A stretch of 64,000 bases of DNA, taken from the IMG/VR virus record IMGVR_UViG_2974557979_000001; one strand, written 5' to 3'. The translations under genes and the position numbers were made by a program. The notes beneath the pieces were generated by a model that had not been told where the DNA came from, searched no databases, and saw only the letters and a program-made list of their open reading frames with translations. Origin of the DNA: a virus. Its lineage: Duplodnaviria > Heunggongvirae > Uroviricota > Caudoviricetes > Straboviridae. Shown piece after piece: positions 48,833 through 59,700 of this stretch (within the stretch, counting starts at the first letter, position 1; each line of letters begins with the position of its first letter).

Positions 48833-49792
48833 ATGATCCTGAATTTCAAAACCCGTAAAGAAGCGCGTAGCTACTGCTGGAAGTGGAACATTCCCCTGAA
48901 AACCATCCGTAATACAGGGCGCGGTTCTTGCCCGTGGACAGTTCAAGCAAACGAACTGAAAACGTTCGTGGTTGGTAAAACTTACAAACTGGTTGACCGT
49001 GAAGGGTTTACTACCAATTCACATGGCGGATCTAACACCGCAAACACTATCCAGGCGACACAGATCGAAAAATTCCTGAATAACGAGGTAAAAATTATCT
49101 CGAAAACCAATTCAGATACTTTCAAAATTGAGCATACTCCGGAAATGACTTTTAGCTCTCTGCGTTCGTGGGAAGCTCGTTATTTTGTCGAAGTTGGCGC
49201 TGCTCCGGTTAAGAAAACGAAAGCTAAACCGAAAAAATCCAACGTTACGGCTCCGGTCGCACCTGTTGCGCCTGTAACCGCAGATCTTGATCAAATGCTT
49301 GACGGTGGTTCGGCGATGTCGGTTGAACTGGATCCGACTAAATTTGTTGAAGGCCGTTCGTATGTTCTGGTGAAACCGCAGCAATTTAAAAATCGTTGTG
49401 GTGCTAACCACGGGATCAAATCATATACCGATGAACACAGTAATGGTGTATACACCGTTTACCATACGACTTCGCTCGGTCATCATCAATTGAGCAAAAC
49501 GGTAGAAACCATTGATTCCCAGACCGGAAAAGTTGGTTACTATCTGCTTGATTCTGAACGTTCGTTCTTCCGTGAACTGGCAACCGGAACTGTTGATGAA
49601 CCTGTTAGCGTTTCCGGTAATAGCGCTATCGCTATCAATGTAGACGAAGCGGCTAAGAAAGAAGAAATCGCAAAAGCAATGGTACAGCTTGAAGAAGCGG
49701 TTAAAGCCCATGAGGACGCGCTTCAAAATCTGCGTACTGCTTCCGACCTGGTTCGCAAAGCTGCTCGAAAAGTAGCAGAAGTAAGCAAGTAA
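48833..49792 (+). CDS. Hypothetical protein with two repeated domains and a coiled-coil tail
   Basis: FVVGKTYKL and FVEGRSYVL repeats; start at ATG 48833. Confidence 0.7.
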   Translation: MILNFKTRKEARSYCWKWNIPLKTIRNTGRGSCPWTVQANELKTFVVGKTYKLVDREGFTTNSHGGSNTANTIQATQIEKFLNNEVKIISKTNSDTFKIEHTPEMTFSSLRSWEARYFVEVGAAPVKKTKAKPKKSNVTAPVAPVAPVTADLDQMLDGGSAMSVELDPTKFVEGRSYVLVKPQQFKNRCGANHGIKSYTDEHSNGVYTVYHTTSLGHHQLSKTVETIDSQTGKVGYYLLDSERSFFRELATGTVDEPVSVSGNSAIAINVDEAAKKEEIAKAMVQLEEAVKAHEDALQNLRTASDLVRKAARKVAEVSK

Positions 49793-49800
49793 ATTAAACT

Positions 49801-49822
49801 GGGTGCTCCGGCACCCTTTTTT
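49801..49822 (+). terminator. Terminator
   Basis: GGGTGC-TCCG-GCACCC-TTTTTT. Confidence 0.85.
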
Positions 49823-49834
49823 ATGAGGTGACAC

Positions 49835-50503
49835 ATGGAATTATTAGAAGGTAAATCTTATACCCTGAACATCGACGCTAAAGAATTTGCAGAAAAAACC
49901 TGGCGAAATGCTTTAGCTGAATTGATCAAAAACAACGGCTATATCACAATCGATCGTATTGCGATTGGGGATACTGAGGACATTGCTTATGTTCTGCAAG
50001 ATGATTTCGAATATGAGATCCCTAGCCATATCTGGAAATACTTCAAACCATATGATTTACCGGAAGAAGAACCGAAGATTGCTACTAAAGAAGAAATCGC
50101 CGCGCCTGATTTAAATTTCGTATCTTCCGATCCTAAAATGTGGATGACTGTAAAACCTGTTCAACAAGATATCAATGATCTGCGATTTGATTATCCTTTT
50201 GTCAAGCGGATCACTTCGATTTCTGTACTATCAGCGCCGACGGATTCACAGGCACTTGAATTTGCATTACAGCATGTTTTCGGTGATAATAAGCTGTACG
50301 CGATTGACAAGGAAGCTGCTATTGATGAACAGAAAAAGGAAATCATCAACCTTCTTTCTCTGCATCAACAACTTGAAGCGGTGGAATTGATTGAGCGTAT
50401 GCTTTCTGATACAAAGAAAGATATCATTAGCAAAATCACTCCGGCACGAAGGAAAGCAATTGATGAAAATCGAGATTTACGGTATTCCCGAATCGCTTCA
50501 TAA
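49835..50503 (+). CDS. Hypothetical protein
   Basis: 222 aa, GAGG RBS; begins LLEGKSYTL like the repeats of the upstream gene. Confidence 0.7.
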   Translation: MELLEGKSYTLNIDAKEFAEKTWRNALAELIKNNGYITIDRIAIGDTEDIAYVLQDDFEYEIPSHIWKYFKPYDLPEEEPKIATKEEIAAPDLNFVSSDPKMWMTVKPVQQDINDLRFDYPFVKRITSISVLSAPTDSQALEFALQHVFGDNKLYAIDKEAAIDEQKKEIINLLSLHQQLEAVELIERMLSDTKKDIISKITPARRKAIDENRDLRYSRIAS

Positions 50504-50744
50504 ATGTTACGGCTGTATTGAAGCTCGGAAATTACTTGATGAGCATGGATTAGAATACGAATTTTATTCTGTTCTAAAGCCAGCAAATAACAGTGTGGGG
50601 TTTGATTACGATCGACCCCGCATTGAAGAGTTAGCGAAACGTGTTCGTAGTCGAAGCATGGCATTTACTTACCCTCGGATCTTTGTAGATGGTAATTTTA
50701 TTGGCGGTTATATGCAATTGAAAGAGTATTTGGGTGAAGCATGA
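50463..50744 (+). CDS. nrdH: Glutaredoxin NrdH
   Basis: MKIEIYGIPE..KCYGC, YDRPRI, YPRIFVDG; matches the T4 nrdH pattern. Confidence 0.85.
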   Translation: MKIEIYGIPESLHKCYGCIEARKLLDEHGLEYEFYSVLKPANNSVGFDYDRPRIEELAKRVRSRSMAFTYPRIFVDGNFIGGYMQLKEYLGEA

Positions 50745-51040
50745 ATAAAGAATACATTCGCAAAGTAGCAAACGCTATTCACGCAACAACGATTGATTTT
50801 CTGGAAGGGTTTGATCATATTATCCACCCTGAAACGCTGGATAGTTGGGAAGCCAAACTGTTTAAAAGTATCAATGAACAGTTTCCGGAAAAGGTTAAGC
50901 GCTGGTTTATCAGACAGGAAATCGTAGCAACGATCCTTAATGAACGTGGTGTTGAGGCGTTCGGTGTAACCCCTCTATATAAACGAAACCAGATTACAGA
51001 CGAAACAATCAAGAAATATAAAAAGATGGTTCGGAAGTAA
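50741..51040 (+). CDS. Hypothetical protein
   Basis: 99-aa ORF coupled to nrdH. Confidence 0.65.
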   Translation: MNKEYIRKVANAIHATTIDFLEGFDHIIHPETLDSWEAKLFKSINEQFPEKVKRWFIRQEIVATILNERGVEAFGVTPLYKRNQITDETIKKYKKMVRK

Positions 51041-51053
51041 TAAATAATCAGTT

Positions 51054-51076
51054 AAATGGCCTTCGGGCCATTTTTT
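51054..51076 (+). terminator. Terminator before gene 34
   Basis: AAATGGCC-TTCG-GGCCATTTTTT. Confidence 0.88.
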
Positions 51077-51079
51077 GTA

Positions 51080-51087
51080 TATAAATA
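51080..51087 (+). promoter_or_regulatory. Late promoter for gene 34
   Basis: TATAAATA. Confidence 0.88.
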
Positions 51088-51119
51088 TTGGTATTGAATA
51101 CAATATAGGAAAAAAGATA

Positions 51120-54100
51120 ATGGTAGCTAAATCATTCCGCGCACGAAGTGGCCTTGATGCTGCTGGTGAAAAAGTTATCAACGTTGGGAAGGCTGATCGT
51201 AATACGCTGAGTGACGGCGTTAACGTTGACTTTTTCAATGAATTTAACGGAATCCAGCAGTATGACCCGACTCGTGGTTATTCTCAAGACATGGCGATCA
51301 TTTATGCGCGTCGTATCTGGTACGCAAAACAGAATATTGCTTCCCCTGCTGGGGCTTTCGACGAATCCAAATGGATCGCAACTCGTAATGACCCGAAATG
51401 GGTTTATAGTAACGTAACCACTCCAGACGGTAGCATTATTGAATCTGGTAGTTACATTATGGCTGATGGACGCTTTACTGAACTTCTGTACCTGCTGCCG
51501 GACAACCCGACAGAGGGCGACGTAATCACGTTTAAAGATTGTGGTGGTTTAGTAGGTGTGAACAGTATCCTTGTTAAGTCTAACACCCGTCAGATCCGTT
51601 TACGTACTGTACAATCGGCACAGTATCGACTGACCCACCCGTACATGATCGCAACGTTTATCTATAACGGTAACGTATGGCGTGTTGCTGAAACTCTGGA
51701 TAACCGCGATTCTGAGATCGTGAACGCAACCGGAACAGGTTCATTCCAGTTACAATCTGGTATGACAGTTTTCCGTAACAGTGCTACGGGTAAAATCACT
51801 CTCCAGTTGCCGAAATATGCAAATGATGGTGATGTGATCACAACCTATGACGCTGATAAAATGAACTCTATCAACGTAGCCGTTTTGCAGATTTATCCAG
51901 GTAGTGGACACACTATTTCTGACGGTGCAATTACTGGTGTTACTTCGGTAACTAGCCAGAAATCTGGCTTTGGTATGTTCATCTTTGATGCACAGAATAG
52001 CCAATGGAAAGTATATGATGCTGATAATCGTGTTCGTCTGCGTCGTATCTATAGTGATTTAAACACAGTTCCTAACGATTACGTTTTTGTTACTGCAAAC
52101 CCTTCTGGGACTATACCAAACGTTACAGTTACCCTTCCAACTGATGTTGCTGATGGTGATCGCGTTTACGTATCCCTTTATATGATGGGTAAAAACCAGA
52201 ACTGTACAATCAAAGTTAAAGATGGTACAACGGACAAGATCCGCACCAACAAAAATATGATGCAGTTCCCGCAGCGCAAAGATTATCCGCCTAATGATTG
52301 GTTTAGTGTAACTTCATTAGCTTTTAATGCTGGCAGTGATTACCTCCCGTATATCGAGTTTTCTTACCTGAAAGCTACGAAAGAATGGGTTGTTGCTAAT
52401 TATCGTCCGATCGTTGAACGTGTTGACGCAACTAACAGATCGCGTACTGGTGTTATTGCTCTGGCTGCACAGGCAGAAGTAAACAAAAACTTGGAAGACA
52501 ACCCGAACGACGAAACTGCTATTACTCCGATGACGTTAGCAAATAAAACTGCTACAGAAACCCGTCGTGGTATTGCACGGTTAGCAACAACTGCTGAGGT
52601 TAACAAACTTTCAACCGATACCTATCTGGATGATGTGATTGTTACCCCTAATAAGCTGAACGAAAGAACAGCGACTGAAACCCGTCGTGGATTGGCAGAA
52701 ATCGCAACTCAGGCAGAAACAAACGGAAGCACCGATGATATTACGATTGTAACCCCGAAAAAGTTGCATAACCGTATTGCATCGCCGACCTTAACTGGTA
52801 TCCTTGCCCTTGTTGCTACAGGTGGTGCTCCTAACACCAACACGGATCGTGCTCAGGCTGGTACTGGGGTTTATGATCATTCAGATTATCAGAAAGCGGT
52901 AACGCCTAAAACTCTTCGTGAGTATAAAGCGACTCAGTTACAATCTGGTGCTGTATGGCTGGCTTCTGAAACCGAAGTTATTAATGGTACTGTTGCAAGT
53001 GCAAACATTCCGACCGTAGTTACTCCGGAAATGCTGCACAAGAAAACCTCTACTGATGGTCGTATTGGTTTGATCGAGATTGCAACTCAGGCAGAAACAA
53101 ACGCTGGTACTGATTACACGCGAGCGGTAACGCCTAAAACGCTTAACGATCGTGCTGCAACGGAAACGCTGACAGGTATCATTGCAATTGCAACCACTGC
53201 CGAAGTATCAGCAGGTACTGTAACGGATAAAGCGATCGTACCGTCTAAACTGAAAGGTTATCTGGACGATACAAGCCATATTACTGTTGCTACTGCTGAC
53301 GGGTTAACTCAATCTGGGACTATTTGGACTACGGTTAACATCGGTATTCAATCAGCAACTGAAACACAACGTGGTACTTTACGCGTCGCTACGCAGTCCG
53401 AGACGAACGCAGGGACATTAGATACAGTATTTGTCACCCCTAAGAAGTTACACGCTAAGAAAGCGACTGAGAGCGCAGAAGGTATCATTCAGGTGGCTAC
53501 GGCTGCTGAAACTACCGCTGGCACCGTTGCAAACAAGGCTGTTTCTCCTAAGAACTTGAAAAATACAATTCAGGTTGATACTTCATGGCAAGCTACCGAT
53601 CTGGTACGCGGTACTGTGAAACTGTCTAAGGGGCTTGGTACTTGGTCTGGTAATGATGTGGCTGGTTCTACTCTTCCGGATGATGGTTATGCCGCTGTAG
53701 GTGTTGCTGTTTCTCCTTATGAATTGAACCTGACGCTGAAACATTATCTGCCGATCGGGGCTAAAGCGGTTGATGCTGATAAGCTGGATAACCTGGATTC
53801 TTCCCAGTTCATTCGTCGTGATGTTGATCAGACGGTCAACGGGGCGTTGACTCTAACGAGAACAACCACTGTACAGGCTGACATTAATTCAACCGCTGAC
53901 GCAAGTTTCCGGGTAATGAATGTTAGTGGAGATCTGAACGTTGGTGATGGTTCGTCAATGGGTAAACTTCGTTTGAACGGTGGTTCATCTAACGACTGGT
54001 CAATTCAAGCAAGTTCAGCCTCTGGGCGTATTGCAATGATCTCGACGGGCAACACTGGCACAGTTCATCTTTCTGTGTATAATGATACTCGCGGAGTTGT

Positions 54101-54893
54101 AGCTAACGTTAAATTCCAGGCTCCTGAAATTCAGGCGATTAGCAAAGTGACTCTGGGTAATGATACCGTGATCACTGCTGCTGGTTCTGTTCTATCTATG
54201 GGTACGAACAACAAGACAACTAAGATCCTGACCTCTGATGCTGGCAACATCGTAGCGGAAGAATCTGCGAACTCTTATAAAGTCTTTACTGAGAAGAACG
54301 CGCAAACCTTGCTGAATCCTACGTATGTACGTAAAGCAGGTGATACGATGTCTGGGCGCTTGACGGTAAGCAACAGTTCAATTATCATTGCAGGTCAAGC
54401 GGCTTGGTCAACGCTGGATGCAGTAACAGAAGCATCCATGGGCAACTGGACGGCTGAGATCACAGCATCGGCACAGTACAACTTGCTTCCTGGTTATGCG
54501 GTTCCGGTTCTTGAACCAGATCCTATTAATCCAGAAATCATGATTGTGACCCGTTATACCTATGTTAAAGCACCGGGTACTTTAACGCAGTTTGGTAACG
54601 GAACTGCATTCACTTATCAGATTTGGGCACCTCGTCCGACCTCTGGTACTGGTGTTAATGCGCTGGCGCAATCCTTCTGGATCCGTCAAATGAACCCGAT
54701 CACGGGTAAATTTGATGAGTGGGGCCGCATGTATACCAGCAACAACCCGCCTACTGCTGGTGAGATTGGTGCAACGTCTGCTGTTGGTACTACGGTTAAA
54801 AACATGACTGTTACCGATTGGATCAAAGTTGGTAATGTTAAGATTTACCCAGATCCGGTTACTCAGACAGTTAAATTTGAGTGGGTGGCATAA
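51120..54893 (+). CDS. 34: Long tail fibre proximal subunit gp34
   Basis: KSFRARSGLDAAGEKVINV start, ATETRRG/IATQAE/VTPKKL repeats, C-terminal VKIYPDPVTQTVKFEWV. Confidence 0.96.
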   Translation: MVAKSFRARSGLDAAGEKVINVGKADRNTLSDGVNVDFFNEFNGIQQYDPTRGYSQDMAIIYARRIWYAKQNIASPAGAFDESKWIATRNDPKWVYSNVTTPDGSIIESGSYIMADGRFTELLYLLPDNPTEGDVITFKDCGGLVGVNSILVKSNTRQIRLRTVQSAQYRLTHPYMIATFIYNGNVWRVAETLDNRDSEIVNATGTGSFQLQSGMTVFRNSATGKITLQLPKYANDGDVITTYDADKMNSINVAVLQIYPGSGHTISDGAITGVTSVTSQKSGFGMFIFDAQNSQWKVYDADNRVRLRRIYSDLNTVPNDYVFVTANPSGTIPNVTVTLPTDVADGDRVYVSLYMMGKNQNCTIKVKDGTTDKIRTNKNMMQFPQRKDYPPNDWFSVTSLAFNAGSDYLPYIEFSYLKATKEWVVANYRPIVERVDATNRSRTGVIALAAQAEVNKNLEDNPNDETAITPMTLANKTATETRRGIARLATTAEVNKLSTDTYLDDVIVTPNKLNERTATETRRGLAEIATQAETNGSTDDITIVTPKKLHNRIASPTLTGILALVATGGAPNTNTDRAQAGTGVYDHSDYQKAVTPKTLREYKATQLQSGAVWLASETEVINGTVASANIPTVVTPEMLHKKTSTDGRIGLIEIATQAETNAGTDYTRAVTPKTLNDRAATETLTGIIAIATTAEVSAGTVTDKAIVPSKLKGYLDDTSHITVATADGLTQSGTIWTTVNIGIQSATETQRGTLRVATQSETNAGTLDTVFVTPKKLHAKKATESAEGIIQVATAAETTAGTVANKAVSPKNLKNTIQVDTSWQATDLVRGTVKLSKGLGTWSGNDVAGSTLPDDGYAAVGVAVSPYELNLTLKHYLPIGAKAVDADKLDNLDSSQFIRRDVDQTVNGALTLTRTTTVQADINSTADASFRVMNVSGDLNVGDGSSMGKLRLNGGSSNDWSIQASSASGRIAMISTGNTGTVHLSVYNDTRGVVANVKFQAPEIQAISKVTLGNDTVITAAGSVLSMGTNNKTTKILTSDAGNIVAEESANSYKVFTEKNAQTLLNPTYVRKAGDTMSGRLTVSNSSIIIAGQAAWSTLDAVTEASMGNWTAEITASAQYNLLPGYAVPVLEPDPINPEIMIVTRYTYVKAPGTLTQFGNGTAFTYQIWAPRPTSGTGVNALAQSFWIRQMNPITGKFDEWGRMYTSNNPPTAGEIGATSAVGTTVKNMTVTDWIKVGNVKIYPDPVTQTVKFEWVA

Positions 54894-56017
54894 TGTCAAA
54901 CTTAATGGCGGGGTTCGGCCCCGATTTTGTAGAAACGCAAATTCTATCGGAAACAAACAGCGTAACTTACAGAATAACCGCAAAGGCAACACATCCCAAT
55001 GCGGTTCCTAATCAGTATGAGTTTACACTAAATCAAAAGGCGGTAGGGACACCGCCTAGTGTTGGGATCAACGTATGGAGAATTAACAATGCTGTAGTTG
55101 ATCCAATTAAAACCTTCACATTATCGAATGATAATTCAGCAACTGCAAACAAAGCGTTTGTTGAATATATGGATGCTCAACCTTCTGGGCTGTATTTGAT
55201 AATGACTAACGGTGAATACAAAACAAGCCAAATCGTTGATGATTGGTTTGCTAAAAACAGATCCGTTATGTGGCAAGGCGCTGATTTCGCTCAGAGATTC
55301 CCAAATTCTGCATATGTTGCATTGTATGGGGCTTCAAAATCTCGTATACTGATTGAATCGTTTTACGCGAACGATGGAGTTTTAAAAGAAGATTCACGCG
55401 CATCAATCGATCTTGTCTATGATAACGTTGGTGATGTTGGGCGAACTGGTGTACCTTTCCGATCTGTTGAAGATACGGAAGAATACAATTCAACCAATGG
55501 ATCTGAATATAAAGTATATCCTGTTGCAAACCCAGTGATCTCTAAACTGGCTGATTATGGTATGGCTCCTGGATTAGCTATGATGATTGCTGGTGATTTT
55601 TACGCCAGCAAAGCATTATTGGATGCTGGATCAACAACAAGGGTTACTGTTCGATGGTTTACGGGTACTGCTCAAACTTCATCATCGGTGATTGAAGTTC
55701 CTGCAAATAAACCTGATGAGTGGTTACGATTTGAACAGTTCTATACGATCCCTAGTGGTTGTGATGGATTTAACGTTGCTGTATCTCGTTATCCTAAACC
55801 CGCTACGGATAGTTTATCTGCGATCCGTAACTTTGTGATGGTTCAGGTATCTGCTGCCGAAGCTGATCAAAACTTTGCTGCACAGTTTGGGGTTAACGGT
55901 ATCAGAATGAACAACATGATCGATGGCGGAACACCGTATATATTTGAATTGCCTAATACTAAGGTTTATCCAGGTGGTGATTATTCTGCTTCCGAATTCC
56001 GTGAAGTTGATGCATAA
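54893..56017 (+). CDS. 35: Long tail fibre hinge gp35
   Basis: LMAGFGPDFVETQILSETNSV start; position between genes 34 and 36. Confidence 0.9.
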   Translation: MSNLMAGFGPDFVETQILSETNSVTYRITAKATHPNAVPNQYEFTLNQKAVGTPPSVGINVWRINNAVVDPIKTFTLSNDNSATANKAFVEYMDAQPSGLYLIMTNGEYKTSQIVDDWFAKNRSVMWQGADFAQRFPNSAYVALYGASKSRILIESFYANDGVLKEDSRASIDLVYDNVGDVGRTGVPFRSVEDTEEYNSTNGSEYKVYPVANPVISKLADYGMAPGLAMMIAGDFYASKALLDAGSTTRVTVRWFTGTAQTSSSVIEVPANKPDEWLRFEQFYTIPSGCDGFNVAVSRYPKPATDSLSAIRNFVMVQVSAAEADQNFAAQFGVNGIRMNNMIDGGTPYIFELPNTKVYPGGDYSASEFREVDA

Positions 56018-56041
56018 ACAAAGGCCCGGAACATCGGGCCT

Positions 56042-56049
56042 TATAAATA
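56042..56049 (+). promoter_or_regulatory. Late promoter for genes 36/37
   Basis: TATAAATA directly after hairpin AAGGCCCG...CGGGCCTT. Confidence 0.85.
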
Positions 56050-56066
56050 TGTAAAAAGGGGTTATT

Positions 56067-56735
56067 ATGGCAGATTTAAAAGCTGGTTCTACAGTCGGGG
56101 GTTTACCTATTTGGCACTCCGGCACATTTCCGCTGGTTCCGGTTGGTAATACTCTAACCTATCGCGGATATAAGGTTTATACTGAAAACGATAAACCACA
56201 AGCATCAAATAACGACTTCGTTTCTAAAGCAAGCGGCGGTCAATATTTGGGTGTAGTTGCCTTCAAACAGGGGCTACAAATTAACGCTACTTTCACTGGC
56301 GGAAGTGACCAGAACGGTTTATATTCTGGTGATGGTGATGGTGCGACATTTGATAAGGCCAACATTGATCTTGTATCATGGTATGGTATTGGTATTCGTT
56401 CATCTTCCGGTACTAATGGTCGCGTATTAGTCATCAACGCTCGAAATGGTGATTTAAACACTCAGGGTAATATTACGGTTGAAAAGCAAATCAGTATTAC
56501 AACCGCTAACCCTACTGACGCAAGTCATGCAACACGAAAAAGTTATGTTGATGGACAGATAAATAATGTCACAACAAATGCTAATAGCAGGGTATTACGC
56601 GCTGGAGATACAATGACAGGGCTATTAACTGCCCCGCAATTCGCGAGCACAGGCGCGGCTTCCCGTCCCGAACACGTACCACGGCTCGACCAGGTAATTA
56701 CTAAAGGGACTATCATAGATTTTGGATCTTATTAA
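56067..56735 (+). CDS. 36: Long tail fibre distal connector gp36
   Basis: MADLKAGSTVGGLPIWHSG, VYTENDKP, AGDTMTG motifs. Confidence 0.93.
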   Translation: MADLKAGSTVGGLPIWHSGTFPLVPVGNTLTYRGYKVYTENDKPQASNNDFVSKASGGQYLGVVAFKQGLQINATFTGGSDQNGLYSGDGDGATFDKANIDLVSWYGIGIRSSSGTNGRVLVINARNGDLNTQGNITVEKQISITTANPTDASHATRKSYVDGQINNVTTNANSRVLRAGDTMTGLLTAPQFASTGAASRPEHVPRLDQVITKGTIIDFGSY

Positions 56736-56743
56736 GGTGAAAC

Positions 56744-59700
56744 ATGGCTGATTTAGAAAAAATTCAATTCCTACGTAGCACAGTTGCGGGGAAAACACCT
56801 ACTACAAGTCAGCTTGCAGATGGTGAACTGGCGATCAACATGGCTGATTATGCCATTTACACGAAAAATGGTTCTTCGATCGTTCAGTTAGCGGGTAAAG
56901 GTATCCCAGAAACAAATACCAAAAAATTAACAGTTGATGGGCCTAGTGCTCTTAATGATACCGTTACCGTAGCGGAAGGTAAAACTATTACTTTCACCAA
57001 CGAGAATTTAAGTGGTGAAATAACTCGTCATATCGTCGGTAAATGTGCCAGCAATGATGGATGGTACATCGGTTCCGGTGGTACAAGCAATAACGGCATT
57101 CTTGAAATCGGTACTATTGACGATGGTACTGAAACAATCCAGTTTGTACAACGCGGTGCTGGTAACGTAGAAGCCAGAAAATTAGTCTTACTTGATAGCT
57201 CTGGTAATACTACTCTTCCTGGGGATTTAAGATTATCCACTAATAAAACCGTTAAAATTAGTAATGGAAGCACTCTTACGTTAGAAATGGGTGTAGGAGC
57301 TAACGATGTCTATATTAAAAACTTGAGAGGCTCTGGCGTTCTTCAATTAACTAATGACGGCAATCTGACATTCAGAAATTCCCAGGTTTATTATGCCACG
57401 GATGGAAGAGGCCCTGGTAAAGATGGTACTCTTCTGACTAATGTAGAAAACGCGCGTCAGCTTGAGCAAGATAATTTCCCTGTAACTACAGGCAACGAAA
57501 CTCGTTGGATTAAAGTTGCTCTGTTAAAAGACCCTGGCTCAGGGCAGAGTCGCTTGCAACTGATGGTGACTAACGGTGGTAACTATGGCAATACGCACAG
57601 TTCTATTGACTTTATCGATTGTAGCGCTAGAAGCATTCCCGCAACATTAACAAGCGCAAACATTAGTTCTTATCTGCAAATTCGTCGAATCGGCGATCCT
57701 GGAATTGATAACACTAACCAAATGCGTTATAGTCTGGTTCGTACCTCTGAGGGTTTAGAACTGTGGTTTACTCAACGCGCGTTTATTGGTGGTGTTAAAG
57801 TTGCTCTGCTGTCTATCGCTGGTTATACTGAGTATTATCTGCCTAACGGTTACACGACTTCTGCAACTGCTCCGGAAGGGTTAGTTGAGAGCGTGGCTAT
57901 TCGTATCTATGACGAAATGAACAAGCCTAACCTTGACGATGGTACTGATGGTATTCTGTCTGTTGCTAAAGGTGGTACAGGCGCAAGTACAGCCTCTGCT
58001 GCTCGCACAAACTTAGGTTTGGGTACGGCTGCAACCCGTGATGTTGGTACAGGTTCCGGACAAGTAATGCTTGTTGGTGCTTACGGTTTAGGCGGTAAGG
58101 GTACATCATACACCGTTTCTAACGCTCGCGACTATCTGAAACAACTGCGTACTGATGGTTCTCAGTTCATGCGAAATACGCTTGGTACTGAAATTAACTA
58201 TGGTATGGGCGCAAGTTTTTATAGCTCTGTATCAGATGTTCATGCGGTGATCTCGGTTGATTGGAATACTGGACGCGTTAAAGTTGGTGCAACTAATGAT
58301 GCTAACTTAAACTCAGATACCGGAAAAATCAGCTCTCAGGAACTGTACGGTACTGCATTTAAACCAACTCCGGATGACGTAGGGGCTGTTGCTCGTGCTG
58401 GCGACACCATGACCGGTAACTTGACTATTAAAGCTAACTTAAAGGTCGAAAATCCTAATGGAACGATGGTTGATTTAGGTTCAGAGAACTCAGACAAGTA
58501 CAGCAGATTAACCCTTGCACGTAAAGTTGGTAGCGGTGCTACCGTAGCAATGCTTAAAGTTACTCCTGAAGGACACGTGCAATTTGGTTATCAAGATGCA
58601 GTTGCTACTCCAGCTCCTAGTAAATATATTCTAGTTAAATCCAGCGGTCTTGAGGTAGAAGGGGATTTAGTTTTTAATCAGACCTATCGCGGCACCGAAG
58701 AGGCAGTTGATATTACTGATAAGACTGTTGACCTTAATGGTCTTGTCATTAAAGGAACCGACCCAGGTACTCGTCAGATGTATAAATGCTTCTCATATGG
58801 TGGTTATAATATAACTAACAAACCCACCTCTGACGGCAACTTTGTTCTTGAGGTTCTGTCTTTACGTAAAATTTCTGATACTGATTGGACGTGTAAGCAG
58901 ACCTTTACTACAAAGAACGGTAATGTTGAAGGTACATATGTTCGATACTGCCAAAACGGCACATGGTCTGCATGGAAAGAGGTTGTTGCTGGTGTTCAAC
59001 CAATCAATTTAGGCGGTACTGGAGCAACATCTGTAGCTGCTGCTCGTAATAACCTCGGTGTTGGTGAATGGCAATCTGTGGCATTTGGTGTATTGAATGT
59101 CAATGGCGTTAGTAATGCAGACCCGACCATCACATTTAAAAATGGGGCTATGGTTCGTGAAGCCCAAGGTGGTAGTCTCGGCGCGTTAATCTTGTCGGCT
59201 TCTACTACATCTCCAGACGGCGCGAAATATATTGCTTTTCGACCCTTAGGTGATTCGTCTGGTACTGAGATTAGAGTAAAAGCCAACGTGTACAACGAGC
59301 CTTCGCTTGAATGGTCTTATGGCGCTGGTGTTCGTTCATCCGCTGTAGGTTCTTTTGTGATTTATGCAAAAACAGGTCAGGCACTCCATTTAAGACCGAA
59401 CGGTGATAATTCCGGCCAATCTACAGTTATTGACCAAAACGGTAAAATGACAGTCGGCGGCGAGTTCGAGGCGCAGAACTCGAAAATCACAGGCAACTTG
59501 AACGTCTCTGAAGATAACAGAATGATCGTTCTTGGCAAAAACTCTGATATTGGTTTAGTCAAGAAAAACGGTATGCCAGGAAAAATGGCTATCGGTAAAT
59601 CTAACTCATTTACCGTTATGGTATCAACCAATACCAATAACCAAATTAATCCTGCTGACACGTTTAATGATGTATTCAAGGTAGATGCTGACGGAAACCA

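Noticed and set aside
52480-53560. DNA-level direct repeats in gene 34 (e.g. GCAACTCAGGCAGAAACAAACG twice)
   Set aside because: They encode the well-known gp34/gp12 shaft repeats; not a CRISPR array or mobile element.
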